A stretch of 64,000 nucleotides of DNA, from IMG/VR virus record IMGVR_UViG_3300042888_002665. One strand, given 5' to 3'. Position numbers and translations under genes: made by a program. Shown here one piece after another: positions 28,739 to 37,468 of this stretch. The notes beneath the pieces are model-generated. The model saw nothing but the letters and a program-made list of their open reading frames with translations. It was not told the DNA's origin and did not search any database. Within the stretch, counting starts at the first letter, position 1. Every line of letters begins with the position of its first letter. Source of the DNA: a virus.

Positions 28739-29492
28739 AAAATGTATTCATAATGTCCTTTAAATTGGAATTTTCAGGGACATTTATTTGTACTGGTTTT
28801 TTATTTGGTTGAGAAATTGTTTGTTTTGGTTGTTCAACCGGGGTTCCGTTTAATTTATCTAACCACTCACGTTCGAATTCAATACGTGCTGCTAATAAAT
28901 CAGCCTGGTGGATGATGAATGGTAATGATGTACGTAATTTGGTTTCTGGGCCCCACGACAGTAAATAAGATTTATTAGATTCATCATATAAACCATCGTG
29001 TAACTTAATAGCTAACCATTCATTTTTAGAAACTTCAACACCAATTTGAGATAATAACCACAAACCTCGGTCTGGAACGGTCATGTAATCCATTTGAGTA
29101 TTAAAAGTATATATCTCACCTCTATTCTTAACATGCCATTCAGACGGATTTGGTAAAACAGCTTCGTGTTCTAATGTACCAAATTTACCTAAATCATGAT
29201 TTAAAGCAGAAAATACTACCTCTTCAGTAGTATATGTAGGTTTAACATCAAATTTTCTCCAAATCGAATCTATCTCCAAACTAGCTGATACCACACGATT
29301 AACATGTTCGATATACCCTCCAGGGAAACAATTGTGATATTGCGGTTTATGTGATGCAGGTAATAATATAAAGCGTTCTTCATATTTATTATAAAAATCA
29401 ATTAACCGTTTTTGACGATCACCAATAATATATTGTTCAATATAACCTAAAAATTGTTGCCAGTTTTCTAGCAATTGTTCTTCATTTAACAT
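28731..29492 (-). CDS. HD-domain phosphohydrolase (YhaM-like)
   Basis: HNCFPGGYIEH, NHDLGK, HDG, HQAD. Confidence 0.85.
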   Translation of the reverse strand: MLNEEQLLENWQQFLGYIEQYIIGDRQKRLIDFYNKYEERFILLPASHKPQYHNCFPGGYIEHVNRVVSASLEIDSIWRKFDVKPTYTTEEVVFSALNHDLGKFGTLEHEAVLPNPSEWHVKNRGEIYTFNTQMDYMTVPDRGLWLLSQIGVEVSKNEWLAIKLHDGLYDESNKSYLLSWGPETKLRTSLPFIIHQADLLAARIEFEREWLDKLNGTPVEQPKQTISQPNKKPVQINVPENSNLKDIMNTFFD

Positions 29493-29509
29493 AACCTATT
29501 TTATTTTAA

Positions 29510-29701
29510 TTAAACGTATGATGAAAACTCATCATGTTCTAAAGAAACAGTTGAGCGTAAATCCTCAATTTTTTCCTTCATATCACTTAATGTTTGTAAT
29601 AACGAGTCAGAACTCTCACCTCGTGAAAGTTGAAAATCCAATGTACGGTTTAGATTTTCTAATTGATTTATTTTATTTAAAACTTGTTCCTTATACCTCA
29701 T
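29510..29701 (-). CDS. hypothetical coiled-coil protein
   Basis: ORF track. Confidence 0.6.
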   Translation of the reverse strand: MRYKEQVLNKINQLENLNRTLDFQLSRGESSDSLLQTLSDMKEKIEDLRSTVSLEHDEFSSYV

Positions 29702-29839
29702 ATTCTAATACATTTATACGTATATACGCGTTTGGTTAATGTTTGCAAACGTTTGCAACGTTTTGCGTTTATTTTCTAATCGTTTGGGTTTCAAACTACC
29801 CCAACGTTTAAATATACGTGGGACAGTTTTGGTGCCAAA

Positions 29840-30124
29840 TTACTTCTTGGATTTCTTTAATAATTTTTTAGATTCCTTAATCATTTCTTGCAAATCAATT
29901 GCTCTAAATGGAAATGAAAAATACTTGTTTTCCTCAGCATTTTTTAAAATATCATCCTCTTGTGGATCATCCGTAATAAAAAATGTAAATTGAGCCTTTC
30001 CAGGCATTGCGTCTAGTAAATCGGTTGAAGAAATTTCACGATCCAAACCATTATCTTTAAATAAAGTATTTACACCGTTTACAAAAGCTGCTTTATTAGC
30101 ATCTTTAAATAGATATGTTGCCAT
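29840..30124 (-). CDS. hypothetical protein
   Basis: ORF track; ATATTTAT motif upstream. Confidence 0.65.
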   Translation of the reverse strand: MATYLFKDANKAAFVNGVNTLFKDNGLDREISSTDLLDAMPGKAQFTFFITDDPQEDDILKNAEENKYFSFPFRAIDLQEMIKESKKLLKKSKK

Positions 30125-30168
30125 ATTAAAATTTTATTTGTTTAATAATAAATATATAAATTGATAAT

Positions 30169-30639
30169 TTACGCGAGATCCTCGTTAGGTATGCCTAAAA
30201 CTTTAAAAATCACGTCACGCGCAACATTAAAATTTACCGCAAAACCTTCGCGATTATCCTCTACTCTATAATCTGAAAGTAAATCATGGATTTCTTGTTC
30301 GGCTACATAAGGATTCTGGGTAAACCAAAAATCACGTACTTGCCATGGTGTAATAACACCCGTAGCAGAATTAATCTCATTTAAACGGTCGGTAACCGAA
30401 CGCTCAGTAAATCCAATCTTAAAAATACCGGGTACCGACGTATTTTGTAGAATATAGATGTGACCCGTAGTAAATGGTGATTTTTTAGAACCATATTTTT
30501 TCTTAAAATAGCGCACATTCCACGCATTATTTCCATCGTCGACAAAATCGTAACCTCTAGCTGATCGAACGTTATCTCGTACTTGTTGAGCGTTCATCTC
30601 GTAAAATTCTGATGTGTCCTTACCTGTTAAATTTTCCAT
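30169..30639 (-). CDS. T5orf172 (GIY-YIG family) domain protein
   Basis: GHIYIL..IFKIGFT..RLNEIN..TG..P..EQEIH..L..YR..REGF. Confidence 0.85.
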   Translation of the reverse strand: MENLTGKDTSEFYEMNAQQVRDNVRSARGYDFVDDGNNAWNVRYFKKKYGSKKSPFTTGHIYILQNTSVPGIFKIGFTERSVTDRLNEINSATGVITPWQVRDFWFTQNPYVAEQEIHDLLSDYRVEDNREGFAVNFNVARDVIFKVLGIPNEDLA

Positions 30640-30827
30640 TTTATGTTTATTTATTTTTCATAACCTGGGAATGTGATAAGGACATTTCGTATATACAATT
30701 AGGTTTACCAAAAATTTTGTAGAGGTTAAAATTTGAAATCTCGGATTTTTATCCCAAAAGGGTTATTTTGGAATTTGATATTTCCTTATTACGTTCAAAC
30801 TGTTGAAACGTTATTTGACTTATTGGT

Positions 30828-30835
30828 TATATTTG
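30828..30835 (+). promoter_or_regulatory. Bacteroidota-type -7 element TATATTTG, plus strand
   Basis: Exact TAnnTTTG match immediately before the GC-rich island; a promoter-like TTTCCTTATTACGTTCA also lies at 30781. Confidence 0.4.
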
Positions 30836-30840
30836 TATAT

Positions 30841-31070
30841 ACGAGGCGCGGGGTGTAAAGTTGTGTACGTGTTGAGAGTGCGTGGGGTTAAGACACGCGC
30901 CTACCCGCCGCGCGTAGGGACCGCGGCCATCGTGGGATCAACCCGCGCACGAGCCGCGGTCGACCCGCTAGCGTCCGTCTCCTTTTAGATTTTTTTGATA
31001 AGCGCGATATTTTTGTGATACACGGGAAGCCGCACGTCTTTTTGTGACATGCGGCTCCGTGCGGAAGGAA
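30841..31070 (+). ncRNA. candidate structured non-coding element (ncRNA or terminus/packaging signal)
   Basis: Strongly GC-rich in an AT-rich genome; hairpins at 30878-30900, 30900-30918, 30919-30961 and 31021-31061. Confidence 0.4.
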
Positions 31071-31290
31071 ATATATAATTGGGTGAATTATCGAACTTTG
31101 GTGTAATACGTTACATTACCAGCATCATCCATATGATAGGCATGAACGTGTGACTCGATTTGGTATTTTGCAATACGGTGTATAGAACTGAATACTACCT
31201 GCTTATACGCACGTGATTTGGGATTTGTCAATTTGGTCATGTGTTATATTAGTTAATGTTAGTTACTTAGACGGATTGAATTGGTAATGG

Positions 31291-31656
31291 CTATTCAGCC
31301 ACTACCTTTGATTTAACCTTGGTCTTAGCCTTAGTAGGCACTTCAACTACAATCGCTTTAGGACGTCCTAACTTTAATGTCCCGTTTGCACGACGAGCTT
31401 CTAAATCAGCGATTCGCTTTGCACGAGCGCTTTCTGGATTAACTGGACGACCACGCTTAATATCTAGACCTAATGCTTGCTTCATTAATCGCATTTCGCT
31501 TTTAATAGCATTCATTGAACCTGGAACTGATGGACGACCACGCTTGATTAAACCTGCTTCACGCTTTGCTTGAATTTCTTTCAAACGGATTTGACGTGCT
31601 GAATTCTCGTTTACTGGACGACCTAATTGTGCTGTTTTGTTTTCTTGATTTTTCAT
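31291..31656 (-). CDS. basic protein with four AT-hook-like (K)RGRP repeats
   Basis: LGRP, KRGRP, KRGRP, KLGRP at roughly 28-29 aa period. Confidence 0.75.
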   Translation of the reverse strand: MKNQENKTAQLGRPVNENSARQIRLKEIQAKREAGLIKRGRPSVPGSMNAIKSEMRLMKQALGLDIKRGRPVNPESARAKRIADLEARRANGTLKLGRPKAIVVEVPTKAKTKVKSKVVAE

Positions 31657-31726
31657 CTTGTTTTTGTTTATTTGTTAGTTATATGTTTTATTATGATGTA
31701 AATGTAACTTGGAAACCTATTGGAAC

Positions 31727-31972
31727 CTAATCTTTTAAATTAACAGCTCCATATGCTGTTACTATTGATCCGAACACTAGAACGATTACCCAATCGGTGT
31801 CTTGATTATATAGGAATCCGTAACATGCAATTACTACTAGCGTTACACCTAATTTTAGAAGCAATGATGCACTGTTTTTCTTGGTTTTAACCTGTTTCTC
31901 GGCTGCGATCTTAGCTAAACGATCTTTGTCATCAGCCCACTGTTCGAATTGTCTTGATTGTTTTGTCAACAT
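31727..31972 (-). CDS. two-TM membrane protein
   Basis: ORF track; promoter motif at 32009. Confidence 0.7.
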   Translation of the reverse strand: MLTKQSRQFEQWADDKDRLAKIAAEKQVKTKKNSASLLLKLGVTLVVIACYGFLYNQDTDWVIVLVFGSIVTAYGAVNLKD

Positions 31973-32037
31973 GTCTTTTTATTTAGTTAGTTAATTATTT
32001 ATTATGATGTAAATATAATCTGGAAACTGATTAATCC

Positions 32038-32205
32038 CTAATCAGCCCATTCGGCTATGTACTTTACTTCCTCCGGTGTTAGATTATCCACCATCTCATC
32101 TAAGCGATCCGCCTTAGTAATGGTTGTGTAACCGATCTGATCAATGTCTGAATTGATATCCCACTGTAATTTTTTGAATTCGATACACTTCTGAATGTTA
32201 AGCAT
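32038..32205 (-). CDS. small hypothetical protein (55 aa, below track cut-off)
   Basis: Manual translation MLNIQKCIEF...EWAD; AAACAAAC leader; promoter at 32229. Confidence 0.65.
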   Translation of the reverse strand: MLNIQKCIEFKKLQWDINSDIDQIGYTTITKADRLDEMVDNLTPEEVKYIAEWAD

Positions 32206-32253
32206 GTTTGTTTGTTTTTATGTACAAGGTAAAGTTAATCAGGACACACGCAC

Positions 32254-32469
32254 CTATCTAATCATTATAGGCGCTTTTTTAACTCTGCGTTTCGTATGTT
32301 TCTTAACTGTCTTCATCTTGTAATACACTACATTGTTGATTGTAATGAATTCTTCATGACGTGAAGTACAGTAATCGAATCTAATATACATGTCACCGTT
32401 TAACTTTCTGAACGGTATTACAGTTGAATTGTTGTTCTTGATTCCTGGGTTGTGAATTGTCGCTGACAT
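32254..32469 (-). CDS. hypothetical protein
   Basis: ORF track; promoter at 32503. Confidence 0.65.
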   Translation of the reverse strand: MSATIHNPGIKNNNSTVIPFRKLNGDMYIRFDYCTSRHEEFITINNVVYYKMKTVKKHTKRRVKKAPIMIR

Positions 32470-32522
32470 ATTTTGTTTGTTTAGTTAATTATTTATTACA
32501 TGGTAATGATAATCTGGAAAGT

Positions 32523-32699
32523 TTATTCAATCACCATTTCAGTAATCATCAATTCAATAGTAAAATCACTCAACTCATATTCCTCCTTTGGGAATAATTG
32601 TCTCACCTCGGCTACTGCCTTTTCCTTTGAATCAAACGCGGCCCAGGGAAATGAGTTCCCATATTGCTCCTTCATCACTATGTATACTATTTTATTCAT
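32523..32699 (-). CDS. hypothetical protein (start trimmed to MNKIV)
   Basis: A-rich leader and promoter motif at 32722 lie inside the longer ORF. Confidence 0.6.
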   Translation of the reverse strand: MNKIVYIVMKEQYGNSFPWAAFDSKEKAVAEVRQLFPKEEYELSDFTIELMITEMVIE

Positions 32700-32880
32700 G
32701 TTCGTTTGTTTTAAGTACAGTGTAAATGTAGTAAGGACAAAGATGGAGGACAACGTCCTCCTCTTATGCATCTGTAATAATTAACTAATAAACAATATAG
32801 TGTGATAGAATGGTAACGATCCATTTTCTCTGGCTCCACAAACCAGCGCTTCACCTTAAAGCTTCAATCACCATGTACTC

Positions 32881-33042
32881 TTAATTTGCCTTCACAAATC
32901 GTCCGTTACGGATATCACGTTTACGAGTTACGCCACGGCGATCAACCACCGTCTCGAAATAACGATTTGAAAGTGCTGTGTAAGCGAAATATCCACCTAC
33001 TACTAATAATGCGGCTGAGCCTAAAATTTGAAATAATTGCAT
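32881..33042 (-). CDS. small membrane protein (53 aa, below track cut-off)
   Basis: Manual translation MQLFQILGSAALLVVGGYFAY...RFVKAN; promoter at 33066. Confidence 0.65.
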   Translation of the reverse strand: MQLFQILGSAALLVVGGYFAYTALSNRYFETVVDRRGVTRKRDIRNGRFVKAN

Positions 33043-33113
33043 ATGTTTGTTTTATTTTTTACATCGTAAATATAATTAAGACACTTTTTGGAAACAAATT
33101 TTGTTTTTGCAGC

Positions 33114-33413
33114 GCTTCGTCATTTGACTAACCACTGTTTAACACGTTTAAACGGTGCTTCGTCATTTGACTCAGCATCACGCTTAGTCATTTAACTAAG
33201 TGGGCTATTCTACTAGGGATGCGACCCTTTATATACGAACATGTCACCCTCGTGTGGACTATTCTACTAACAAAAAAATATATACAAAATAGTTATAAAA
33301 ATGGTAGGAGGGGTGGGAAAAAAATTGGATGACACAAAAACACAACCACACTACCATCCATTCCCATTCCACATACGACACGCTTAGTTGTTCAACTAAT
33401 TAGTCGTTCAACT
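33114..33413. repeat. five palindromic operator/iteron-like repeats
   Basis: GCTTCGTCATTTGACT at 33114 and 33157 (identical), variants at 33182, 33382 and 33400; core TAGTYR-TT-YRACTA. Confidence 0.75.
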
Positions 33414-33545
33414 AACCACATTCCCTACTAACAAAATATTATTCCACCGTTCACTACAAAAAAATAATACACAAATCACGTTAGATTCGTGTGGATATTG
33501 CGCTACCTATTATACTCCACTACACTATGTGCTAACAAAAAAATA
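33205..33545. repeat. second repeat family CTA(C)TAACAAAAAAATA
   Basis: Copies or variants at 33205, 33259, 33425, 33452 and 33532. Confidence 0.65.
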
Positions 33546-33547
33546 TG

Positions 33548-33787
33548 TTATTTCCGGCGCAATTTATTTATTCTATAATAGCGCTTAATAAACCAATATA
33601 CGTGTACTAAACAAACTAATATGTTTACTATAATGGTTGGATTGTTATTGATTACATATCCGTACCCAACCCACGTTAAACACGCTACTAAATTTACCGT
33701 ACGAATAAAGCGTTGTTTTTGTAGCGTAAACGAGAGTATACTTAAACCCATCGCCACGTAACCTAATATGTCTATGTTATTTATCAT
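33548..33787 (-). CDS. YgjV-like small inner-membrane protein
   Basis: Three TMs, SFT..RFIRTVNLVAC..W..YG..I..N. Confidence 0.6.
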   Translation of the reverse strand: MINNIDILGYVAMGLSILSFTLQKQRFIRTVNLVACLTWVGYGYVINNNPTIIVNILVCLVHVYWFIKRYYRINKLRRK

Positions 33788-34208
33788 CTATTAATTCATC
33801 TATTAAATGTTTAACTATAAAAACGATCATAATCACTAACCAAGTTAGGAATGTATATATTCCAAAATGAAGTAAATAACCAATCGTATATAACCAATAT
33901 ATAAACCCGAACGTACCTAACGTAGCTATTACCGCCGCAATCCAACGTTCCGTATCTGACCACCTCGTTTTAGTCTGGATATTATTATTCGTCATCTTAT
34001 TCTCTATATGTTCTTTTAATTCATCCGTTTCCTCATCCGTTACGGGTCTACCTTTGAACCAATCAATTTCTTGTTGACTTAGAAGTGTTTCACCCGCGTC
34101 TTGTCTACGTTTGAGTTTTTCAATAAGTTCGAGTTGTAATGCTCGTTGGCGTTGACGTTGCTCGTCAACATTCCAATCATCTAAATCTGATCTGTTAGCT
34201 TTTGCCAT
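33777..34208 (-). CDS. membrane protein, two C-terminal TMs
   Basis: ORF track; promoter at 34212. Confidence 0.7.
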   Translation of the reverse strand: MAKANRSDLDDWNVDEQRQRQRALQLELIEKLKRRQDAGETLLSQQEIDWFKGRPVTDEETDELKEHIENKMTNNNIQTKTRWSDTERWIAAVIATLGTFGFIYWLYTIGYLLHFGIYTFLTWLVIMIVFIVKHLIDELIDDK

Positions 34209-34232
34209 ATTGTAAATGTAATTGAGAGAATT

Positions 34233-34883
34233 TTAATTTTCAAATCCATCATCTTTAAACACTAACCCCATCAACGTTTTAAAACAGTATATTAAACCAC
34301 CAATAAGACCTAATCCCAAGGTCCAAGTAAATACATCCAATGCTATTTTATGTTCTGCTATAAACCAACACACACCCAACATTACTGATAGTGCTAATGC
34401 TGCTCTAACCCAATACAATGTTTGACGTAGCCATGGTTTTGGTTTACTTTGTGTTTGTGGTGCGTCATATCCTTTCATGTTATTATCTATATATTGATCA
34501 ATTACTTCATTCATTGATTTAGGTTTGGTCATTATTTTATTTACCTCTTGTTGTTGTTTTCTAAACGAGTTGATTGATGTGCGCCACACGTCTGTTACTA
34601 ATCGTTCTGCCATTTCTTGAAACGCTGCTGATCGTGCTTCGCCGAGTTCGTTTTTATCATTGATTTGGAATTTATATTTCAATAACCAATTCCATTGCCC
34701 ATTAACGAGTTGTTCCTTAATTCCACATGTACAATCATAATAATCTGAATGCCAACCCATACCCTCGGATGGTGTATATTGAAATTCGATTACTACGTTT
34801 TCGTATCCTTCAATCGTGTTGAGCATACGTTGTATTTCTTCTAATTTCCAATATCGCATTGGATTAATTGGTGATGTTACCAT
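34233..34883 (-). CDS. membrane protein, two C-terminal TMs
   Basis: ORF track. Confidence 0.65.
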   Translation of the reverse strand: MVTSPINPMRYWKLEEIQRMLNTIEGYENVVIEFQYTPSEGMGWHSDYYDCTCGIKEQLVNGQWNWLLKYKFQINDKNELGEARSAAFQEMAERLVTDVWRTSINSFRKQQQEVNKIMTKPKSMNEVIDQYIDNNMKGYDAPQTQSKPKPWLRQTLYWVRAALALSVMLGVCWFIAEHKIALDVFTWTLGLGLIGGLIYCFKTLMGLVFKDDGFEN

Positions 34884-35077
34884 TTATCTTGATGTTTTCT
34901 AATTGCGTTCGATATCTGTTCACCGAAGTTGTCTATTAGGTATTTACCTAATTTACTATAGGGTAATGGTTGTCCTTGAGCGTTATGTAGTTTTGATTTA
35001 CCATTTTTGAGCTGTTCCATATGTTGGATTTGCTCTTTGGTAGCATCTAATTTAACTGATATCTTATTTCCACTCAT
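34877..35077 (-). CDS. hypothetical protein
   Basis: ORF track; overlapping operon junctions. Confidence 0.6.
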   Translation of the reverse strand: MSGNKISVKLDATKEQIQHMEQLKNGKSKLHNAQGQPLPYSKLGKYLIDNFGEQISNAIRKHQDKW

Positions 35078-35279
35078 TATTCTTGTTGTAGTATAATTTA
35101 TAGTTCTTACTGTTTATTTCCTCGTACCAATGTGTTTCGACCCAATCACCTGTTTGTTCTTTCTCCATTTGATGAGCCTGCTTAAATGAACGTGCATTGT
35201 GTACCAAATCTTCAACACTTTCTGGAAAAATGATGATTGTATCATAAAGCCATTCTACTGCTGTTTGCTTATTTTCCAT
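35064..35279 (-). CDS. hypothetical protein (KQTAVEWL-type)
   Basis: N-terminal KQTAVEWL and A..MEKEQ pattern recalled from Bacteroidota phages. Confidence 0.6.
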   Translation of the reverse strand: MENKQTAVEWLYDTIIIFPESVEDLVHNARSFKQAHQMEKEQTGDWVETHWYEEINSKNYKLYYNKNNEWK

Positions 35280-35526
35280 TATATACGTGTTCTAATTCTT
35301 CTAATTGTTCGTCGTATTCTAATTTTTTAAATAATCCACTCCAATGATAGAATGGTAATTCAACGAATTGATACCAATCACCCTCCTTAGCGTTATATTT
35401 TGCTGCTTCCGGGAAGTATGTGTGTGGTCGTATATCTAATATATGATATATTTCACCACGTTTAATGTGTGGTCGTTCTGGATGATAAACATTAGTTCCA
35501 TCCTGAATGCATATTACTTTATCCAT
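35269..35526 (-). CDS. hypothetical protein
   Basis: ORF track. Confidence 0.6.
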   Translation of the reverse strand: MDKVICIQDGTNVYHPERPHIKRGEIYHILDIRPHTYFPEAAKYNAKEGDWYQFVELPFYHWSGLFKKLEYDEQLEELEHVYNGK

Positions 35527-35527
35527 G

Positions 35528-35734
35528 TTATTTAAATATTACAATGTCTGCTGTAAATCCGTTATGATCTTTATACATACTGGGACATATCATAGCATCA
35601 TACATTCCTGTATGCTGTGATATTGTCTCCCAATCTGTTAATGTTTTTATTTGAGCTACTAATACACCATTATAGATAGTTAATACACTACCATTAAAAT
35701 CGTAATCGTCGCACTTATATACTGGATGAAACAT
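35528..35734 (-). CDS. hypothetical protein
   Basis: ORF track; promoter at 35761. Confidence 0.6.
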   Translation of the reverse strand: MFHPVYKCDDYDFNGSVLTIYNGVLVAQIKTLTDWETISQHTGMYDAMICPSMYKDHNGFTADIVIFK

Positions 35735-35784
35735 ATTGTTTGCTTATTTATTTGAACAATGTAAATATAATTAAGAGAGTCATT

Positions 35785-36147
35785 CTACTCCATTGGAGTA
35801 AAATGACTTTCTAATACGTGTTTGATTATTTTCTCCATACGGTACTTATCGTATGTAACGTCTTCAAGATATATTTCGTTAGCGTTGATTCCGTATGTTT
35901 GGTCTTCGAGTAATTCTACACCTTCATTATCTAAATCTGAAACGATATCTTCTGCGATTTGATCTATTACCATTGGTGATAATATTCTTGTTCCTAACAT
36001 GTCTGTAGCAACACCTAATTGCGACTTCATTTGATCGGTCATTCCTGTTTTTTCAAGGATGTGCTCCATTGTTTCGCCATCAACGTCGATTCCGTTTAAT
36101 AATGCGATTACTGCTGTTACGATTGTTTTTTGATCTTCGTTTACCAT
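35785..36147 (-). CDS. acidic hypothetical protein
   Basis: ORF track; promoter at 36179. Confidence 0.65.
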   Translation of the reverse strand: MVNEDQKTIVTAVIALLNGIDVDGETMEHILEKTGMTDQMKSQLGVATDMLGTRILSPMVIDQIAEDIVSDLDNEGVELLEDQTYGINANEIYLEDVTYDKYRMEKIIKHVLESHFTPME

Positions 36148-36189
36148 TGTCTGTTTATTTATTGGTTTAACTTATATTGTAAATATAAT

Positions 36190-36459
36190 CTAGAAATTTA
36201 TTAAATCATCGGCATCTGCCCACTCATTTATATAACACATAATAGCACCTTCCCGATCTCCATAGTCTTCTTCATCATCACCGATAAAGTTATCTAATTC
36301 CTCGTCTGTTACCTCATTTAGGTATCGATCTATGATTGCGTTGATTTCTTTCATACTGAATTTTGACCATCCGGAATCTTCTCCGTATGCTTCGATTTCG
36401 TCATTAATCATTTCGATTAATCCATCTTTTAAATCTTCGGGACTTGTTGCTGCTGTCAT
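36190..36459 (-). CDS. very acidic hypothetical protein
   Basis: ORF track; promoter at 36496. Confidence 0.65.
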   Translation of the reverse strand: MTAATSPEDLKDGLIEMINDEIEAYGEDSGWSKFSMKEINAIIDRYLNEVTDEELDNFIGDDEEDYGDREGAIMCYINEWADADDLINF

Positions 36460-36515
36460 TGTTTGTTTATTTATTGGTTTAAATTCTTATTATATTTAAA
36501 TATAATTTAGAAATT

Positions 36516-36830
36516 TTATTTAACCAAGGTATGCGTTTCATTTACCTCGTATACTTTACAATTTAAATGTTTTAATTTAATTTGGAAACTAGATCCGTCT
36601 ACCATTTTATCATTTTCATCTACTTTAGCTTTTAAACTTGTAAATGTTGTTTCTAAATCAAAGTTTTTAGTAGTGGAGAAATATTTCGAATCTTTAGTTA
36701 CATGTCTGCCTGTATAATATGGATTTATGTAACCAAATTTAATGTTGTATTTATAGAACTCATTTAATTCATTAGCACCTAATTCATTTAAACCTGTTAC
36801 TTCAACATAGTAGTGTTTTTTATCTTTCAT
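36516..36830 (-). CDS. hypothetical protein
   Basis: ORF track; promoter at 36852. Confidence 0.65.
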   Translation of the reverse strand: MKDKKHYYVEVTGLNELGANELNEFYKYNIKFGYINPYYTGRHVTKDSKYFSTTKNFDLETTFTSLKAKVDENDKMVDGSSFQIKLKHLNCKVYEVNETHTLVK

Positions 36831-37004
36831 GTTTGTTTGTTTTAATACATTGTAAAGATAATTTAGAAAGTTTAATCTTTCAAGCTATATACGTAATACC
36901 TTATTGGTTCGCCACTACTACTTTGTATTTCGTTCATTTGTGGTTCTGATCCAATGGATTCGAATAGCTGTTGTGATCCTGTAGGGTCCACTTGAAACAT
37001 GTAA

Positions 37005-37187
37005 TTAATCGTTGTTTGTAGGTAGATTTGCTTCATGTTCCATTAAGTCTGTTACGTAATCATCTAATATTTTATATAGTTTTGCCATATTCACTGGTAG
37101 TTCTGTATTTTTTTGGAGTTCAAATGCAGCTGATGATGCTTCGTCCAAGTGGAATATTAATCGTTGTAGAGGTGTTGGTTGTGCCAT
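37005..37187 (-). CDS. hypothetical protein
   Basis: ORF track. Confidence 0.55.
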   Translation of the reverse strand: MAQPTPLQRLIFHLDEASSAAFELQKNTELPVNMAKLYKILDDYVTDLMEHEANLPTNND

Positions 37188-37188
37188 G

Positions 37189-37413
37189 TTAATATTCGTT
37201 TAAAATCATTTCAATACATTTAGTTGCCAATAACTTATCGTCATTGGAAAACTTATTATCATAATATGGTTCGGTTAGAAATGAGGTCATCGCCGCGATT
37301 CGTTCTATTTTTGAATAACCTTTACCACTTAACGGATGTTTAAAATCCCTCATATTATTGTATTTTGATAAGATATATTCTTTATTTTCCATCATATAGT
37401 TATTAATGTCCAT
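37189..37413 (-). CDS. hypothetical protein
   Basis: ORF track; promoter variant at 37451. Confidence 0.6.
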   Translation of the reverse strand: MDINNYMMENKEYILSKYNNMRDFKHPLSGKGYSKIERIAAMTSFLTEPYYDNKFSNDDKLLATKCIEMILNEY

Positions 37414-37468
37414 TTATATCTATTTTGGTTTTTTATTTTTTCTTATACGTTCAAGGTAATTAAGAAAT

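Noticed and set aside
30803-30988. 61-aa plus-strand ORF over the GC-rich island
   Set aside because: Composition is atypical, the likely TSS lies inside it, and the base-pairing pattern explains the GC content better. Not fully excluded
33114-33545. Possible CRISPR mini-array
   Set aside because: Repeats are only 14-16 bp, degenerate and irregularly spaced, with no cas genes adjacent
30640-33545. tRNA, tmRNA or riboswitch in the intergenic regions
   Set aside because: No cloverleaf, T-loop GTTCRA in a stem context, CCA end or known aptamer core was recognised
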